A DNA stretch of 64,000 nt from positions 1,760,001 to 1,824,000 of the forward strand of contig CAWCKY010000006.1 in the NCBI GenBank assembly GCA_963796275.1. Direction: 5' to 3'. How positions within the stretch are numbered: the stretch's first letter is position 1; each line of letters opens with the position of its first letter. The notes beneath the pieces were generated by a model. That model saw only the letters and a program-made list of their open reading frames with translations. It ran no database searches and had not been told where the DNA came from. This document shows, one piece after another, positions 51,470 to 63,854 of the stretch. Made by a program: the position numbers and the translations under genes. The stretch comes from an uncultured Acidobacteriota bacterium. GTDB lineage: Bacteria; Acidobacteriota; Blastocatellia; RBC074.

Positions 51470-52459
51470 ATGAGACAGGAATTGATCATACTTATAACTA
51501 TGATTGTTCTGACAGGCCCATTGTCTCCGCGCGCCGGTTCGCAAACTCACGGGCAAACAATGCGGTACCGGGCTATGGCGACGATTGAGTCACTGCCGGA
51601 TGGCGTCGCCGCAAAAGATGTTCGTTTCTACAGCGAAGGTATCGAGTGCCATGGAAAGATTTTTACGCCGAAAAACTTCTCGGCCGAGGGCAAAGCGCCT
51701 GCGGTGGCGCTCGCGCCCGACTGGGGCGAGACGGCCGCGTCAATCGAGAAATACGCCGCGCATTTCGCCTCGCGCGGACTGGTGGCGATGGTCATTGATT
51801 ATCGCGGATGGGGAAGGAGCGGCGGTTTCCCCCAAACGTTGGATGCAGTCAAGACTGATGACCGACTTCGCTTTTCGCAGATGACCGCGAGAGTGCGCAT
51901 TCATCGCAAGCGTCTCATCCCGCGGGAGCAGATTCTGGACATTCGCAACGCCCTCTATTACCTGCAGGGCGAGCCTGGCGTCGATCGCGCGCGTGTCGGC
52001 GTGTGGGGCGCCGGCATGGCGGGCGGGCATATGATCGTCATCGCCGCAACCGACGCCCGTGTCAATGCCGTAGTCGCCCAGACGCCGATCATCGAGGGCA
52101 AGGACGCGCCGCGGAAAGCTTACGCTCCGACGGGCGAGTTGCTGCTTGCCGAACAAAGGCGCGCGCGCGTTGGTTATTTGCCCGGCGCCGGCGCTTCGGT
52201 CGATGTCGAGACCAGGCTCGCGCTGGCCGAGTATCGTCCGTTCTGGTATGTCGAACAGATACCGCAGAAGACGGCTGCGCTGTTTGTCGTCGCCGAGGAA
52301 GGACCCAGAACGAATATCGCCATCGCCGCGTCGAAGTTGCTCAAAGGGCCGACAGACGTGGCACGCGTCCCCGGCGTAAGGCGCATGCGGATTGACGCAG
52401 GCCAAACGTTCAATACGGCTGCTAATGCGGCAGCCGAATGGTTTTTGAAGCGCCTGTGA
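51470..52459 (+). CDS. alpha/beta hydrolase paralog with degenerate catalytic motif
   Basis: '[11 protein letters not shown]'; '[16 protein letters not shown]' with the nucleophile Ser replaced by Gly. Confidence 0.8.
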   Translation: MRQELIILITMIVLTGPLSPRAGSQTHGQTMRYRAMATIESLPDGVAAKDVRFYSEGIECHGKIFTPKNFSAEGKAPAVALAPDWGETAASIEKYAAHFASRGLVAMVIDYRGWGRSGGFPQTLDAVKTDDRLRFSQMTARVRIHRKRLIPREQILDIRNALYYLQGEPGVDRARVGVWGAGMAGGHMIVIAATDARVNAVVAQTPIIEGKDAPRKAYAPTGELLLAEQRRARVGYLPGAGASVDVETRLALAEYRPFWYVEQIPQKTAALFVVAEEGPRTNIAIAASKLLKGPTDVARVPGVRRMRIDAGQTFNTAANAAAEWFLKRL

Positions 52460-52544
52460 TTGGCCGCTCTCCGCGGTCTTAAGCAGGCTAGCGAGATTCG
52501 CCTATTCGGGCGACGGATTTTTCACCTTTTCAAGGAGGTTTGTC

Positions 52545-53873
52545 ATGAAAGGCGCCATCAGATTGACCATGATCGCCGCCGCGCTCGCGCTGGCGTTTTT
52601 CCTTGCGCCGCGACTCAGCCGCGGAGCCGAAAAGACGGCCGGTGTAACATTCGCCAAGGACGTCGCGCCGGTTCTTCAGAAAAACTGCGTGGTCTGTCAT
52701 CGGCCGGGCGAGGTCGCGCCGATGTCATTTACGAACTACAAAGAGGTTCGGCCCTGGGCAAAGGCCATCCGCGAAAAGGTGGTGACACGCGCGATGCCGC
52801 CCTGGTTCGCCGATCCCGCCCACGGCGAATTCTCTAACGATCCGCGGCTCTCGCAAAAGGAGATTGACACAATTGTCGCCTGGGTCGATGGCGGCGCGAA
52901 GGAAGGCGATCTGAAAGACTTGCCGCCATCTCCAAAATATACCGAGGGCTGGCAGATCGGCAAACCTGACGTCACATTCTCGATGCCCATCGAATACAGC
53001 GTGCCCGCCGAGGGCGTAATCCCATACAAATATTTCGCCGTGCCGACCAACTTCACCGAGGACAAGTACGTGCAATTGGCCGAGATTCGCCAGGGCAATC
53101 GCCGGATCGTGCATCACGTGATCGTTGATGTGCGTTATCCGGAACATGGCAAACTGCCGGAGCCTGGCGAGATCCCGCCCAATGAACTCCTCTCCGTGCG
53201 ACGCGGCGGGGGCCAGCGAGGCGAACGTCCCGCCGATTCGGATGGGCGTTTGGTCGGATGGGCGCCCGGCGAAGCCCCGCTGGCTCTGCGCGCCGGTCAG
53301 GCGAAACTGATCAAAAAAGGCTCAATGCTCATATTCCAGATTCACTATGTCACGACCGGCGAAGCTGGAACCGATCGCACCAGCATCGGCATGATCTTCT
53401 CGAAAGACCCGGTCGAAAAGCGCGTCATTACCGCAGGCGCTATCCAAGCCAATTTCGTGATCCCGCCCGGCGATCCCAACTATGAAGTCAAGTCAGAATT
53501 CGCTTTCAAGGAGGACAGCCACATTGACAGCTTGCATCCGCACATGCACCTGCGCGGCAAGGATTTCAAATACACTCTCGTTTATCCGGACGGGACGTCG
53601 AAGGTGTTGCTGTCAGTGCCGCGCTGGGATTTCGGCTGGCAGATGACATATGTCTTCAAGGAGGAGGTCGCCGCGCCGAAGGGAAGCAAGCTTGTCTGCG
53701 TGGCCCATTACGACAACTCGCTCAACAACAAGTTCAACCCCGACCCGACGAATGAAGTTCGTTGGGGGGCGCAGACCTGGGAAGAGATGATGATCGGTTA
53801 TCTCGATTACACTCTCGACAAACAGGACTTGCGAATGTCGCGACCGCAGGCCGCAAGCACCAGCGGCCGATAA
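52545..53873 (+). CDS. heme c + copper type II (PHM/DBH-like) monooxygenase fusion
   Basis: Signal peptide, CVVCH, 'MPPW', CuH 'VHHV'/'QIHY', CuM 'PHMHLRG'/'EEMM'. Confidence 0.85.
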   Translation: MKGAIRLTMIAAALALAFFLAPRLSRGAEKTAGVTFAKDVAPVLQKNCVVCHRPGEVAPMSFTNYKEVRPWAKAIREKVVTRAMPPWFADPAHGEFSNDPRLSQKEIDTIVAWVDGGAKEGDLKDLPPSPKYTEGWQIGKPDVTFSMPIEYSVPAEGVIPYKYFAVPTNFTEDKYVQLAEIRQGNRRIVHHVIVDVRYPEHGKLPEPGEIPPNELLSVRRGGGQRGERPADSDGRLVGWAPGEAPLALRAGQAKLIKKGSMLIFQIHYVTTGEAGTDRTSIGMIFSKDPVEKRVITAGAIQANFVIPPGDPNYEVKSEFAFKEDSHIDSLHPHMHLRGKDFKYTLVYPDGTSKVLLSVPRWDFGWQMTYVFKEEVAAPKGSKLVCVAHYDNSLNNKFNPDPTNEVRWGAQTWEEMMIGYLDYTLDKQDLRMSRPQAASTSGR

Positions 53874-53970
53874 TCAAATTCCTTCACCAAGCCACAAGAA
53901 GGAACGCGAGGTTTATCCTTTCTCCATGTCTTTCTTGCCGCTTTGTGGAGGGGGCTTTGAGGAGGAAATC

Positions 53971-55414
53971 ATGAAACGTTTATTCATCGTTCTGCTCATA
54001 ATGCTGACTGCGGCTGCGGCAGTGAGCAGGAAGCGGAACGACGCCGCGAGTGTGACTTTCAGCAAAGACGTCGCGCCGATCATCTTCAACAAGTGCGCCA
54101 ACTGCCATCGCTCTGGTGAGGTCGCGCCGATGCCGCTCACCTCATACGCCGAAGCTGCGCCCGTGGAGCAAAGCCATCCGCGAAGAGGTCATCGAACGCT
54201 CGATGCCGCCCTGGTTCGCCGATCCGCACACCTCGACTCTCAAATTCGGCAACGACCGCAGGCTCTCGCAAAAAGAGATCGATACCATCGTCGCCTGGGT
54301 CGACGCCGGGGCGCCGAAAGGCGATGACAAAGACCTCCCGCCGTTTCCGAAATACACTCCCGGCTGGACGTTCGGCGAGCCTGATATGGTGATCGAGATG
54401 CCGGTTGATTTCGAGGTTCCGGCGGAAGGCGAACTGCCGATGCAGAATTTTTACGCGCCGGTTCCCTTTACGGAAGAACGATGGGTCGAAAAGGTCGAAC
54501 TGCGTCCGGGCAATCCGGCGGTCGTGCATCATTCAATCGCCAACGTGGTCAAACTGCCGGAAGGAACAAAGATCGTGGACGGCAAGGCTGTCCGCGCGGA
54601 TGGCGCGGCCGCCGGTAGGCTCAACAGCCAATCGGCGCGCGAGACCGGAGGATTGAGCGAAGGCGGATCGCGTGAAGTGTTCTTGAGCCAGGATTCGTTC
54701 ACACGCGCCGGCGCGTTCAAGCTCGTCGGACAGGCTCCGGGCAAGGGATTCGAGCAGCATTACCCCGGCACCGCCAAGCGCATCCTGCCGGGGATGTACG
54801 TACAGTTCAATATGCATTACCAGCCGAGCGGACGTTCTGAAAAAGACCGCTCGCGCCTCGGTCTCTGGTTCGCCAAAAAACCAGTGACGCACGAAGTCCT
54901 CACGAAGGGCGTCAGCGACACGATCTACATTGGTGGCAAGGAACTGAGTGAAACCCGCACGATCAACGGCAAGGAAGTCAAAGTGCGAGGCCGCATTCCC
55001 AACATCCCGCCGAACGTTGACAACTGGGAGATCGGCGGCGAAGTGACGATCAAGGATGCGATCACGCTCTACGCCTTCGCGCCGCACATGCACCTGCGCG
55101 GCAAAGACATCAAATACACGCTCGTCTGGCCCGACGGTCGCCGGCAGGTGCTGCTCGACGTGCCGAAGTTCGACTTCAACTGGCAACTCCATTACGAGCT
55201 TGCCGAACCGCTGAAGATTCCCGCAGGCAGTAAACTGATCTCCCTCGCCCACTACGATAACTCGATCAAGAACCGCTACAACCCGGCGCCCGACAAAGAA
55301 GTATTCTGGAGCGAGCAGAGCTGGGATGAGATGTTCATCCCGTGGTTCGAGTACACGGTGGACAGTAAAGTTTTGACGAAACCCGGCGTCACTCAAAGCG
55401 CGAGCAAACAATAA
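53971..55414 (+). pseudogene. second heme c-copper monooxygenase, +1 frameshift near 54155 (possibly sequencing error)
   Basis: CANCH in the first frame. Removing one C in GAAG(C)TGCGCCCG restores 'EVRPW'. Then 'VHHS', 'NMHY', 'PHMHLRG', 'DEMF'. Confidence 0.8.
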
Positions 55415-55440
55415 AAGCCGGCTGGTTAACGGAGGTATTT

Positions 55441-56418
55441 ATGATGAGTGTACTGCAAGCGATTGCGCTAACTTCCGCAATGCTTACAGGGGGAGTAGAA
55501 CCGGCGGCGGCCGCCAGATGTTTTATTCCTGTCAGCGTATTAGAAGAACTCGAAAAGTCCGACGCCGTCTTCGCGGGTAAAGTCATCGCCGAAGAATACC
55601 GCCCTCTGAAGACGTCTACGGACAAGGGCGAAGTTTTAACCGTCAAGTTTGCCGTTGGGAATTGGTGGAAAGGCGGAAAGAGCGAAGAAGTGATTCTGTA
55701 TACCTCGAAAATCAGCTATTCAACAGGAATTCAGTTCATGGTCGAGGACTTTCATTTCACCGTGGGTGAGCGCTATCTGGTCTATGCGTCCGGCGCGCCA
55801 GACAATCTAAAAACCAATGGTTGCAGGAGAACGAAGAAGCTGGAAACAGCGGATGAGGACCTGCAAAAGCTTGGCGAAGGCAAGGCGCCTGAACCGCTGC
55901 TCCAACAACTTGCACAGCAACCTTCCCGGCCTACTGATCCGAACGATCCGATGCCGCCGCCGAATATGGATTACTTCGTCGGCGCATGGACCTTTGACTG
56001 GAATGTGCCTGAATCGCCGCTCGGCCCAGCAGGGAAGTTGAAAGGCAAAGAGACGTACAAGAAGACGTCCGACGGCGATTACGAAAGCGAGATCGAAGGC
56101 GAGGGCCCGCAGGGGGCTTTCAAAGGGCGCGCGACCACCAATTACAACGAGAAGGAGAGGTCAGTCACGCGTTCCGAGACGGGATTGTTCGGCGCGTCGA
56201 TCGTCAAGACCGGGCCAATTGGCGGCGACCTCGGCGGGTATTACACGATTTACTGGGAGACGCAGCCCATCAAAAAAGACGGCAAGACGATCAAACTGAA
56301 AGGCAAGACGCTGATGCTCTCGCCGGCCAATTACCGGTTGCAGGTTCAGATCTCGGTTGACGGCGGGCCGTATGCCAATTTCGGCAGCCCGTGGTTCCGC
56401 AAGTTTGAAGACAAATGA
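55441..56418 (+). CDS. secreted two-part hypothetical protein (TIMP/NTR-like N-part + DUF1579-like C-part)
   Basis: 'C...SDAVFAGKV...GERYLVYA...CRRTK', then '[12 protein letters not shown]...QISVDGG'. Confidence 0.6.
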   Translation: MMSVLQAIALTSAMLTGGVEPAAAARCFIPVSVLEELEKSDAVFAGKVIAEEYRPLKTSTDKGEVLTVKFAVGNWWKGGKSEEVILYTSKISYSTGIQFMVEDFHFTVGERYLVYASGAPDNLKTNGCRRTKKLETADEDLQKLGEGKAPEPLLQQLAQQPSRPTDPNDPMPPPNMDYFVGAWTFDWNVPESPLGPAGKLKGKETYKKTSDGDYESEIEGEGPQGAFKGRATTNYNEKERSVTRSETGLFGASIVKTGPIGGDLGGYYTIYWETQPIKKDGKTIKLKGKTLMLSPANYRLQVQISVDGGPYANFGSPWFRKFEDK

Positions 56419-56543
56419 AACCATAGACAATTCGGGTCGGTACCGCGGGCGGTAGCGAGAATAACTCCCTGAGGCGCATTTTCGCCGAAGTCATACTCGT
56501 TACCGCTCGCGGCGCTGCCTCGGTGTCCGATAGAGCAAATCCA

Positions 56544-58457
56544 ATGAAAGCGCCAAGCAAGATCCTCGTCGCAAGTTTGTTCTCCGTAATCCTGTTTTCC
56601 TCGCTCCTCTTCCACGCCGTCTCTTTGCGCTTTGAGAGCAGCGCCACTTCCATCGGAGAAGCCGCGCCGCAGCGACAAGCGCCCGCCACTTCTCCTGAGG
56701 GTGCTGAACTGTACAAGCAAAAATGCTCGGTCTGCCACGACAACCCGCAGGATCGCATTCCGCCGCTGTTCCTCATCCGCCGGCGCTCGGCGGAAGATGT
56801 GGTCATGACCCTGACCTCAGGCTCGATGAAGCAGCAGGCGGCGGGTTTGACCGCTGAGCAGATTCACGCCTTGGCGATTCACTTGACCGGTAAAGCGCCA
56901 GGCCCCCCGATCGAAGAGAACATGGGAGCAAACCGATGCGCGGGAGCTGCGGCGCCGATAAATCTGAAAGGGCCGCAATGGAACGGCTGGGGCATCGATC
57001 TCGACAACTCCCGCTTCCAGCCGAAGCCGGGTATCAGGGCCGAGGACGTTCCGAGGTTGAAGGTCAAATGGGCATGGGCGCATCCTGGGCCGATGGCGAC
57101 AGGTCAGCCGACCGTCATAGGCGACCGCCTCTACCTGACCATCGAAGCGGGGATTGTCGTCAGCTTGAACGCGCAAACCGGCTGCACCTACTGGGCGATG
57201 CAGCCGGGCGCGGCGGTGCGCGCCGCCGTCAGCGTGGGGCCTCTCCCAACCGGACCGAGGTCTTCCGGATCGAAGGCCAAATACGCAGTCTATTTCGGCG
57301 ATGAGAAATCGAACGTTCAGGCGCTGGACGCCGACACAGGCAAGCTGCTCTGGAAGACAAAAGTCGAAGACCATTTTCTCTCTCGCATTACCGGCGCGCC
57401 CACGCTCTATCGTAATCGCCTCTACGTGCCGGTCTCCTCGTTCGAAGAGACGGCCGGACGCGATCCTAAATATGAATGCTGCACCTTTCGCGGCAGTCTC
57501 CTCGCGCTCGACGCTTACACTGGGAAAATAATCTGGAAGAGTTTCACAGTTCAGCAGGAACCGAAGCCTTTCAAGAAGAATTCCGTCGGAACGCAGATGT
57601 ATGGCCCCGCGGGCGGCGCGATCTGGTCTGCGCCAACCATCGATCCGAAGCGCGGGTTGATCTACGTCGGCACTGGCAATTCCTACACCGACGTCGAGAC
57701 CAGGCATACGGACGCGATCGTGGCGTTCGAGATGAAAACGGGCAAGATTAAATGGGTGAACCAGGTTAGCGCCAAAGACAACTTTCTGGTCGGTTGTCGC
57801 CAACCGGGCGTCGGCAACTGCCCTGATCATGCAGGGCCTGATCACGATTTCGGCAGTTCGCCGGTTTTGCGCAAGTTGCCCAACGGCAGACAAATTCTTT
57901 TAGGCGGCCAGAAATCCGGTGTGATGTGGGCGTTCGATCCGGACAATAATGGCAAGGTCTTGTGGCAGGTGAAAGTTGGCGGCGGCGGCGCCCTGGGCGG
58001 CATCGAATGGGGCTTCGCGGCTGACGCGGAGAACGTCTACATTCCGGTCGCCGACCCTTTCGGAGGGGAGACTCGCAAACCCGGACTGACCGCTCTGAAG
58101 ATCGCAACAGGGGAGCGGCTTTGGAACATCCCCGCGCCTCCGGCGAAATGCGATTGGGGCGCGACTCGCTGCAACAACTCGCAATCGGCCGCGGCGACGG
58201 TCATTCCTGGCGTGGTCTTTTCAGGCACGGCAGATGGGCGCCTGCGCGCTTATTCGACCAAAGACGGCGCGATCATCTGGGTCGTCGACACTGCGCAACA
58301 GATCGCCACAGTCAACGCCGGGCGGGCGAAGGGCGGCACGCTTGACGGCGGCGGGCCGACCATAGCCAACGGCGTCCTTTACACAAATTCCGGCTACGGC
58401 CGCCTCATCGGGCACCCTGGCAATCTGTTGCTGGCCTTCACAGTGGATGGCAAATAG
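56544..58457 (+). CDS. PQQ-dependent quinohemoprotein, polyvinyl-alcohol-dehydrogenase-like
   Basis: Signal peptide, N-terminal CSVCH, 'WNGWG', vicinal 'ECCTFRGS', 'GGAIWSAP', '[10 protein letters not shown]', 'GGIEWG'. Confidence 0.88.
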   Translation: MKAPSKILVASLFSVILFSSLLFHAVSLRFESSATSIGEAAPQRQAPATSPEGAELYKQKCSVCHDNPQDRIPPLFLIRRRSAEDVVMTLTSGSMKQQAAGLTAEQIHALAIHLTGKAPGPPIEENMGANRCAGAAAPINLKGPQWNGWGIDLDNSRFQPKPGIRAEDVPRLKVKWAWAHPGPMATGQPTVIGDRLYLTIEAGIVVSLNAQTGCTYWAMQPGAAVRAAVSVGPLPTGPRSSGSKAKYAVYFGDEKSNVQALDADTGKLLWKTKVEDHFLSRITGAPTLYRNRLYVPVSSFEETAGRDPKYECCTFRGSLLALDAYTGKIIWKSFTVQQEPKPFKKNSVGTQMYGPAGGAIWSAPTIDPKRGLIYVGTGNSYTDVETRHTDAIVAFEMKTGKIKWVNQVSAKDNFLVGCRQPGVGNCPDHAGPDHDFGSSPVLRKLPNGRQILLGGQKSGVMWAFDPDNNGKVLWQVKVGGGGALGGIEWGFAADAENVYIPVADPFGGETRKPGLTALKIATGERLWNIPAPPAKCDWGATRCNNSQSAAATVIPGVVFSGTADGRLRAYSTKDGAIIWVVDTAQQIATVNAGRAKGGTLDGGGPTIANGVLYTNSGYGRLIGHPGNLLLAFTVDGK

Positions 58458-58814
58458 TATTCATCATCGGGGTCTGAACGAACAGCGGTGCCGCGAAGCG
58501 ATTCAGGCTTATTACGCCTCGATCACGTCGCGCCACGAATCGCACATTTGAGTTACTGGATATTTATCCAACACGTCGCTCGCCGGAGACGGTTTAGGAT
58601 AGTTCGAGCAACTCGGCGCACAGGCGTAATCGCCCAGACGAGAGCCAGCCGTTCTTTGCCGTCTGAGCATTACTGGTAGAACAATCACCACGAACCAATA
58701 CTGACGCCGCATTTCTGGCGGTTCCATTAACAGCCTACGAGCGAAGGGACGAACAAGTATCCAAAGATGAGAGCTCGTTCGACCTTGCTTGCGATAAATT
58801 ATGGAGGCCCATCA

Positions 58815-61656
58815 ATGCCTATTCGAAAACTAACAATTCTCCTAAAGACCGTCATGACCTTCACTTGCGCCGGCTTGGTCCTGGCGCAGACATCGGCGGG
58901 CAGTATTCGCGGCTCCGTCACCGACCAGACGGGCTCTGTTCTGCCTAACGCCACGGTTACCGTCAAGAATCTCGATACCAACAGTGATCGTAAACTGACA
59001 ACCAATGACGACGGGCTATACAACGCCGACAACCTCCTGCCCGGCGTTTACGAGGTGGGAGTCGAAGTCCGGGGGTTTCAACGCTCCATCAAACGGGTCA
59101 CCGTGCTCACCGGCAACACGCACACTGCCGATTTCTCGTTAACCATCGGCGCCAGCAACGAGACGGTGACCATTACGTCGGAGGCGGCGCAGGTCAATAC
59201 GAACGACTACAAGATTGATGGCGTCATCACCAGAGAGCGTATCGATGCGCTGCCGCTCAACGGGCGGAATTTCCTTGAATTGGGGCAGATGGAGCCGGGC
59301 GTTTCCGTCACGATCACTGGGAACCCAGGTGGCTCCGCCAATAGTTTTACACAGGTCAGTGTGGCTGGCGCCGGAGCTGGTTTGACTCGCATCACGGTCG
59401 ATGGAGGCAATGTCGGCGACCGCGTCACCGGCGGGTCGGCCACAAACTTCTCGCAGGAGTCGGTCCAGGAGTTCCAGATCTCGACCTTCAACTTCGACCT
59501 CTCCACGGGAGTGACTTCGACCGGTGCGGTCAACATCATTTCCCGAACCGGCACAAACGCTTATCACGGCAGCGGGTTCTTTTTCTTCCGCGACCACAAT
59601 ATGGCGGCCTACCCGAATCTCAGGCGGAGCGCCGCCAATCCGGCCCCCTTCTTCGCCCGACGCCAGGGTGGGTTCTCACTGGGCGGCCCCGTCAAAAAAG
59701 ACAAGCTCTTCTGGTTCACCAATTTTGAATATGGCAATCAACTAGGCGTAGCAGAGGTCTCCCACCTGACGACTGTAGGCGACGGAGGGGCCTTCGCGGC
59801 CAATTTCAACCACAACGGCGAATTGCCTCTTCGGAATAAGCTCTTCAACGCGCGACTCGACTACAAGGTGAACGACAGGCACAACACCTTCCTGCGCTAC
59901 AGCGAAGACCATAGCAAACTACGGCAGTTCACAGCCGTCAACGAATCGTCCGGCTCCACCAGCGAAAACAACGCTTACAACGCGGTGCTGGGCCTCACCA
60001 GTGTCCTTTCGGCGAGCTTGGTAAACGATGTCCGTTTCAACTACAACTTTCTCGCGAGCGCGCTCGGCGCCCCCGGCCCTGAGGATTGCGCCGGCTCAAT
60101 CGGCTGCCTTGGCGCGCTGGGGCCGCAATTCAATGTCGGAGGTGTCGGTTTCAGGATCGGGGTCGCCAGCGGATTGCCGACCGATCGCGCCAACCGAACC
60201 TACCAGGTCACCGATACGGTCAGCTGGTCGAAGGGCGCGCATCGCATCCGCTTCGGCGGCGAATTTGAGAAGTATGTGCGGTTCGGCTCGTTAGCCACGA
60301 ACGACACAGGAACAATAAATCTTTTCGGACCTGAACAAGTGCGTGTCCAGAATCCGACTCTCTACGCCGCCCTCCCAGCAAGTTTGAAGAGTCCGGCGGC
60401 CGGGCCGATCTCCTTGGCGGACATCCTGAGTCTACCCGTCCAGACCTTCTCGATCGGGGTCGGAGATCCGGGTTCCCCCGCGCCCTTCAATCTCGAGAGT
60501 GCGCGCCGCACCAACCGCTATCGCCTTTTCTTCCAGGATGGCTGGCAGGTCCGCCCGAATTTCACATTCAATTTCGGCATGGCTTGGGCCTACGAATCCA
60601 ATCTCCGGAATTACGACTTACCCAAGCCTCAATGGCTGGCACCGCTTATAGGAGATGGGGAAAATCTGGAGGCGCCTGGCCGAGAGTACAAGAACTTTTC
60701 TCCCGCCATTGGCTTCGCATGGTCGATGGGCAAGGAGAAAAAGACTGTGATTCGCGGCGGATCGGGAATTTATTTCGATTCAGATCTGGGGTCCAATCGC
60801 ATCGCGGAGCGGCGCATCCTCGGCCCGTCGGGCAATGGCCGCGTGGTCATTGACGGCACGGGAATCGCGAATCCGCTCTTAGGTCAGGCGGATCAACCTT
60901 CGACACTGAGCCCCACGGCGACACCTACGACCTTAACCGGGCAACAAGTAGTGAACCTGATCCCACAGATCAAAGCCGCGGAGACTGCGCGGTTCGGTCT
61001 GCTTGGAGATCTTTCAGTTCGAAATATCGAGTTGCTTAAGTCCACGGGGACTGGTCAGGCCATCTCCCCTACGCGGCCTACTCAACGGATGGCAGTTCTC
61101 GACGATCAATCAATTCCAAAGTTCTCCGCCCTCCAATCCGAACATCGCGATCGACGTGGACGGGGAGGGGACGTCCATTTACACCTTGCCTGGGATCGGT
61201 TGGAATGGTTTCGGGCGAAACGCTAACCCCGACGACATACGGAAAGCGGTCGAAACGTACAACGCCGACGTGCTGGCGCGGAGCAACCCCCTGCCCGCTA
61301 ACGCGACCGCCGAGCACCGGGCGGCCTGTACTCTGGTTGTAAATGGCCGGACGCTTTGTGCCCCCAGGACACCACGTAACCAGGTCTACCCGCTGATCAA
61401 CTTACCTGCGGCCTTCTCCAACGGGGACACATTCATCACAAACGATCTCCGCGTCACTCGGATCATCAAGCTCGGGGAAAAGGTCAGGCTGGCGCTGATC
61501 GGCGAGGGCTTCAACATTTTCAATATCGCAAATCTCGCCGGCTATAACGAGGACCTGCAATCGGCGAACTTCGGAACTCCCACCACTCGGACGAATCAGG
61601 TTTTTGGTTCGGGCGGCCCGCGCGCTTTCCAGATCGCCGCAAGACTGAACTTCTGA
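58815..61656 (+). pseudogene. Oar-type TonB-dependent receptor with internal deletion/frameshift near 61060
   Basis: CarboxypepD_reg N-domain, 'LPLNGRNFLEL', 'GTNAYHGSGFFFFR'. The C-terminal 'GGPRAFQIAARLNF' is in another frame. Confidence 0.85.
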
Positions 61657-62009
61657 ACGTGTGACCAGGTTTTGTTGACACAAAAAATTGGAGTTGACCC
61701 GATCTGGTGGACACCTCATGATTTGAAATAAAGTGTTCACCAAATCGGGTCCAATGCAAGAAGATTCTGGATGTTGAAAATACCCGATATAATTGTAGCT
61801 GCCTCCGGAGGCATTTTCGCTTATCTCAAACCTGGTATTTTTGTCAGTGATCGCGGGCGCAATCTCAAGCGCCTGTATTCTTTTAGATGGGATTAACCCT
61901 GGTGGCCAATTGAGAAATACTCACTAGACGATGAAGTCGTTTGCTCTACACGTTGCGTCTCTTTACTGCCACCTCATTCATCCAATTTCCATCGGCCTTT
62001 CAACGATCG

Positions 62010-63854
62010 TTATTTGAAAGCCGCGATAGGATTTTTCAGGGTGCCCGCGAATTTCAGACAGCTGACGGGATCAGGATCGGTCAGATCGATCATTTGCTGA
62101 TGATTGGCCAGCTGCAGCCTGTTTAAGCAAGATCGTATGAACTCAGGCGCGAAAAGGTCGTAACGTGCGAATTTATCCTTCAATTCTGGATGTAATCGCT
62201 GATACTCCAGTACACACTTAGCTACCTGTTCCCAGAACCGCGTTTCAGGGTAGTCGCTGTGCTCAATCAGTATTTGCGCCATGTATCGAAAGATACAATC
62301 GAAAACATCGATGAAGATGGATAGTGTTTTCAGTTCTTCCGGGACCGATATTGACAGGCGTTGTATGTTTTCGGGCAGCTTAATCTCGGTATTCATTACG
62401 CCCGTCTCCTCCGCGATGTCCTTCAGAATCGCGCGCACAGGCACGTTATTCTGTAATACCAGTATCAGGTTTTCACAGTGAGGCATAAAGACCATGTCGT
62501 ACGCATAAAAACAATGTAACAAGGGGCTCAGGTAACAGCTCAGATATTGCTGGAGCCAGCTGGTTGTGCTCGTTCCGGATGATTTAATCAATTCCGGCAA
62601 CAACGCCGTCCCGTCACGGTCAATGTGGAGAAGGGAAGCCATTGTCATGAGACGTTGACCCGGTTGTATCGTCGGCACCGGGCTTTCACGCCAGAGAACT
62701 GCCAGCATTTTCTTATAGGGGCTGCTGCCTTTCACGGCCTTTTCGTAATAGACATTCTGATAACCCACGGTGGCGACTTCGCGCAGTATGCTGAATCCCT
62801 TCTCCTGAAGATAGGCGTCCTCCTCAATCACCTTGTTTATCCATTCATTGATCTCTGGTGTCGTGCGCATATAGTAAGGGGAAAGACCACGCATGAATCC
62901 CATGTTCAGTATGGATAGCGATGTTTTTACATAGAATTTGTGTGGGTTGCTGATATTAAAAAATGTTCGGATAGATTGCTGCGCCAGGTACTCATCCTTG
63001 CTGAACCCTAGGCACACCAGATTACGAGAAGCGATATCAGGTGCAAATATCATGGCCAATTTGTGATACCACTGCCATGGGTGTACGGGAAAAAGAATAT
63101 AGGAGGCCGGATCCAGTCCTTGCGCTTCCAGTATCTGGTCGAATGATTGCAGTGTGGGTTCATCCAGCTCTTGTCGCAGAATATCTCGGTATGTCAGTCC
63201 CTTGATACTAGAAAATTCGGCTCTGCTCTTGTGTGCGGCAACCCAGATTAGCATTACAGGCGTCGCCGCTTCGGGAGCATAGGCCCTGTAATCGACCGCG
63301 TCGAAACCGATACGACCGTTGTTCGCGACGAATACTGGATGCCCTTCCATCATCGCACTCTCTACCTCCTGAAAACCGGCTCGCGTCAGATCGCCGGCAC
63401 CTGGTCCCTCCTTCGCATGCTTGAATGCGCTGCCATATAGAGTGCTGGTGATCTCTTCCATATATGTTGGAAGCATAGCCGGGGGAATCCCCAGGCTCTC
63501 GCTGAATTCGATGATAAAGTTGAGGGAATCCAGCGGCTCTCTCTTGTCACCGACGAATTTTTCGATCGAGTCTTTATCGATATACCAGTGATCCAGACTG
63601 AGCTTCCGCGCGCGAAAACGATATTCAATATTAGGCAGGTCGGCAGACAACACATAGTTGCCCCATCCGCCTTTAGAATATTGCAGCTTGGGATGTATCA
63701 ATAATTCGTGCGCAAATTCACTGATGGCCTTGCGAATGTGCAACGCATTTACTTTAGCCCATAATTCGGGTCGGAGATTGATCGCTGCCAGTTCGGGGGA
63801 CGATTCAATGGATGTTTTCATTTGAAGATTTCTTGTTGTTGTTGTTAGATTCAT
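62010..63854 (-). CDS. IucA/IucC-family NRPS-independent siderophore synthetase (DesD/AlcC-like)
   Basis: 'RKAISEFAHE', 'EGHPVFVANNGRIGF', 'PVHPWQW', 'AQQSIRTF', 'MPHCENL', 'SCLNRLQL'. Confidence 0.93.
   Translation of the reverse strand: MNLTTTTRNLQMKTSIESSPELAAINLRPELWAKVNALHIRKAISEFAHELLIHPKLQYSKGGWGNYVLSADLPNIEYRFRARKLSLDHWYIDKDSIEKFVGDKREPLDSLNFIIEFSESLGIPPAMLPTYMEEITSTLYGSAFKHAKEGPGAGDLTRAGFQEVESAMMEGHPVFVANNGRIGFDAVDYRAYAPEAATPVMLIWVAAHKSRAEFSSIKGLTYRDILRQELDEPTLQSFDQILEAQGLDPASYILFPVHPWQWYHKLAMIFAPDIASRNLVCLGFSKDEYLAQQSIRTFFNISNPHKFYVKTSLSILNMGFMRGLSPYYMRTTPEINEWINKVIEEDAYLQEKGFSILREVATVGYQNVYYEKAVKGSSPYKKMLAVLWRESPVPTIQPGQRLMTMASLLHIDRDGTALLPELIKSSGTSTTSWLQQYLSCYLSPLLHCFYAYDMVFMPHCENLILVLQNNVPVRAILKDIAEETGVMNTEIKLPENIQRLSISVPEELKTLSIFIDVFDCIFRYMAQILIEHSDYPETRFWEQVAKCVLEYQRLHPELKDKFARYDLFAPEFIRSCLNRLQLANHQQMIDLTDPDPVSCLKFAGTLKNPIAAFK

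Noticed and set aside
41855-58415. Long antisense ORFs (e.g. 50309-51271, 54533-55411, 56817-57893)
   Set aside because: They are shadows of high-GC codon usage opposite well-supported genes.
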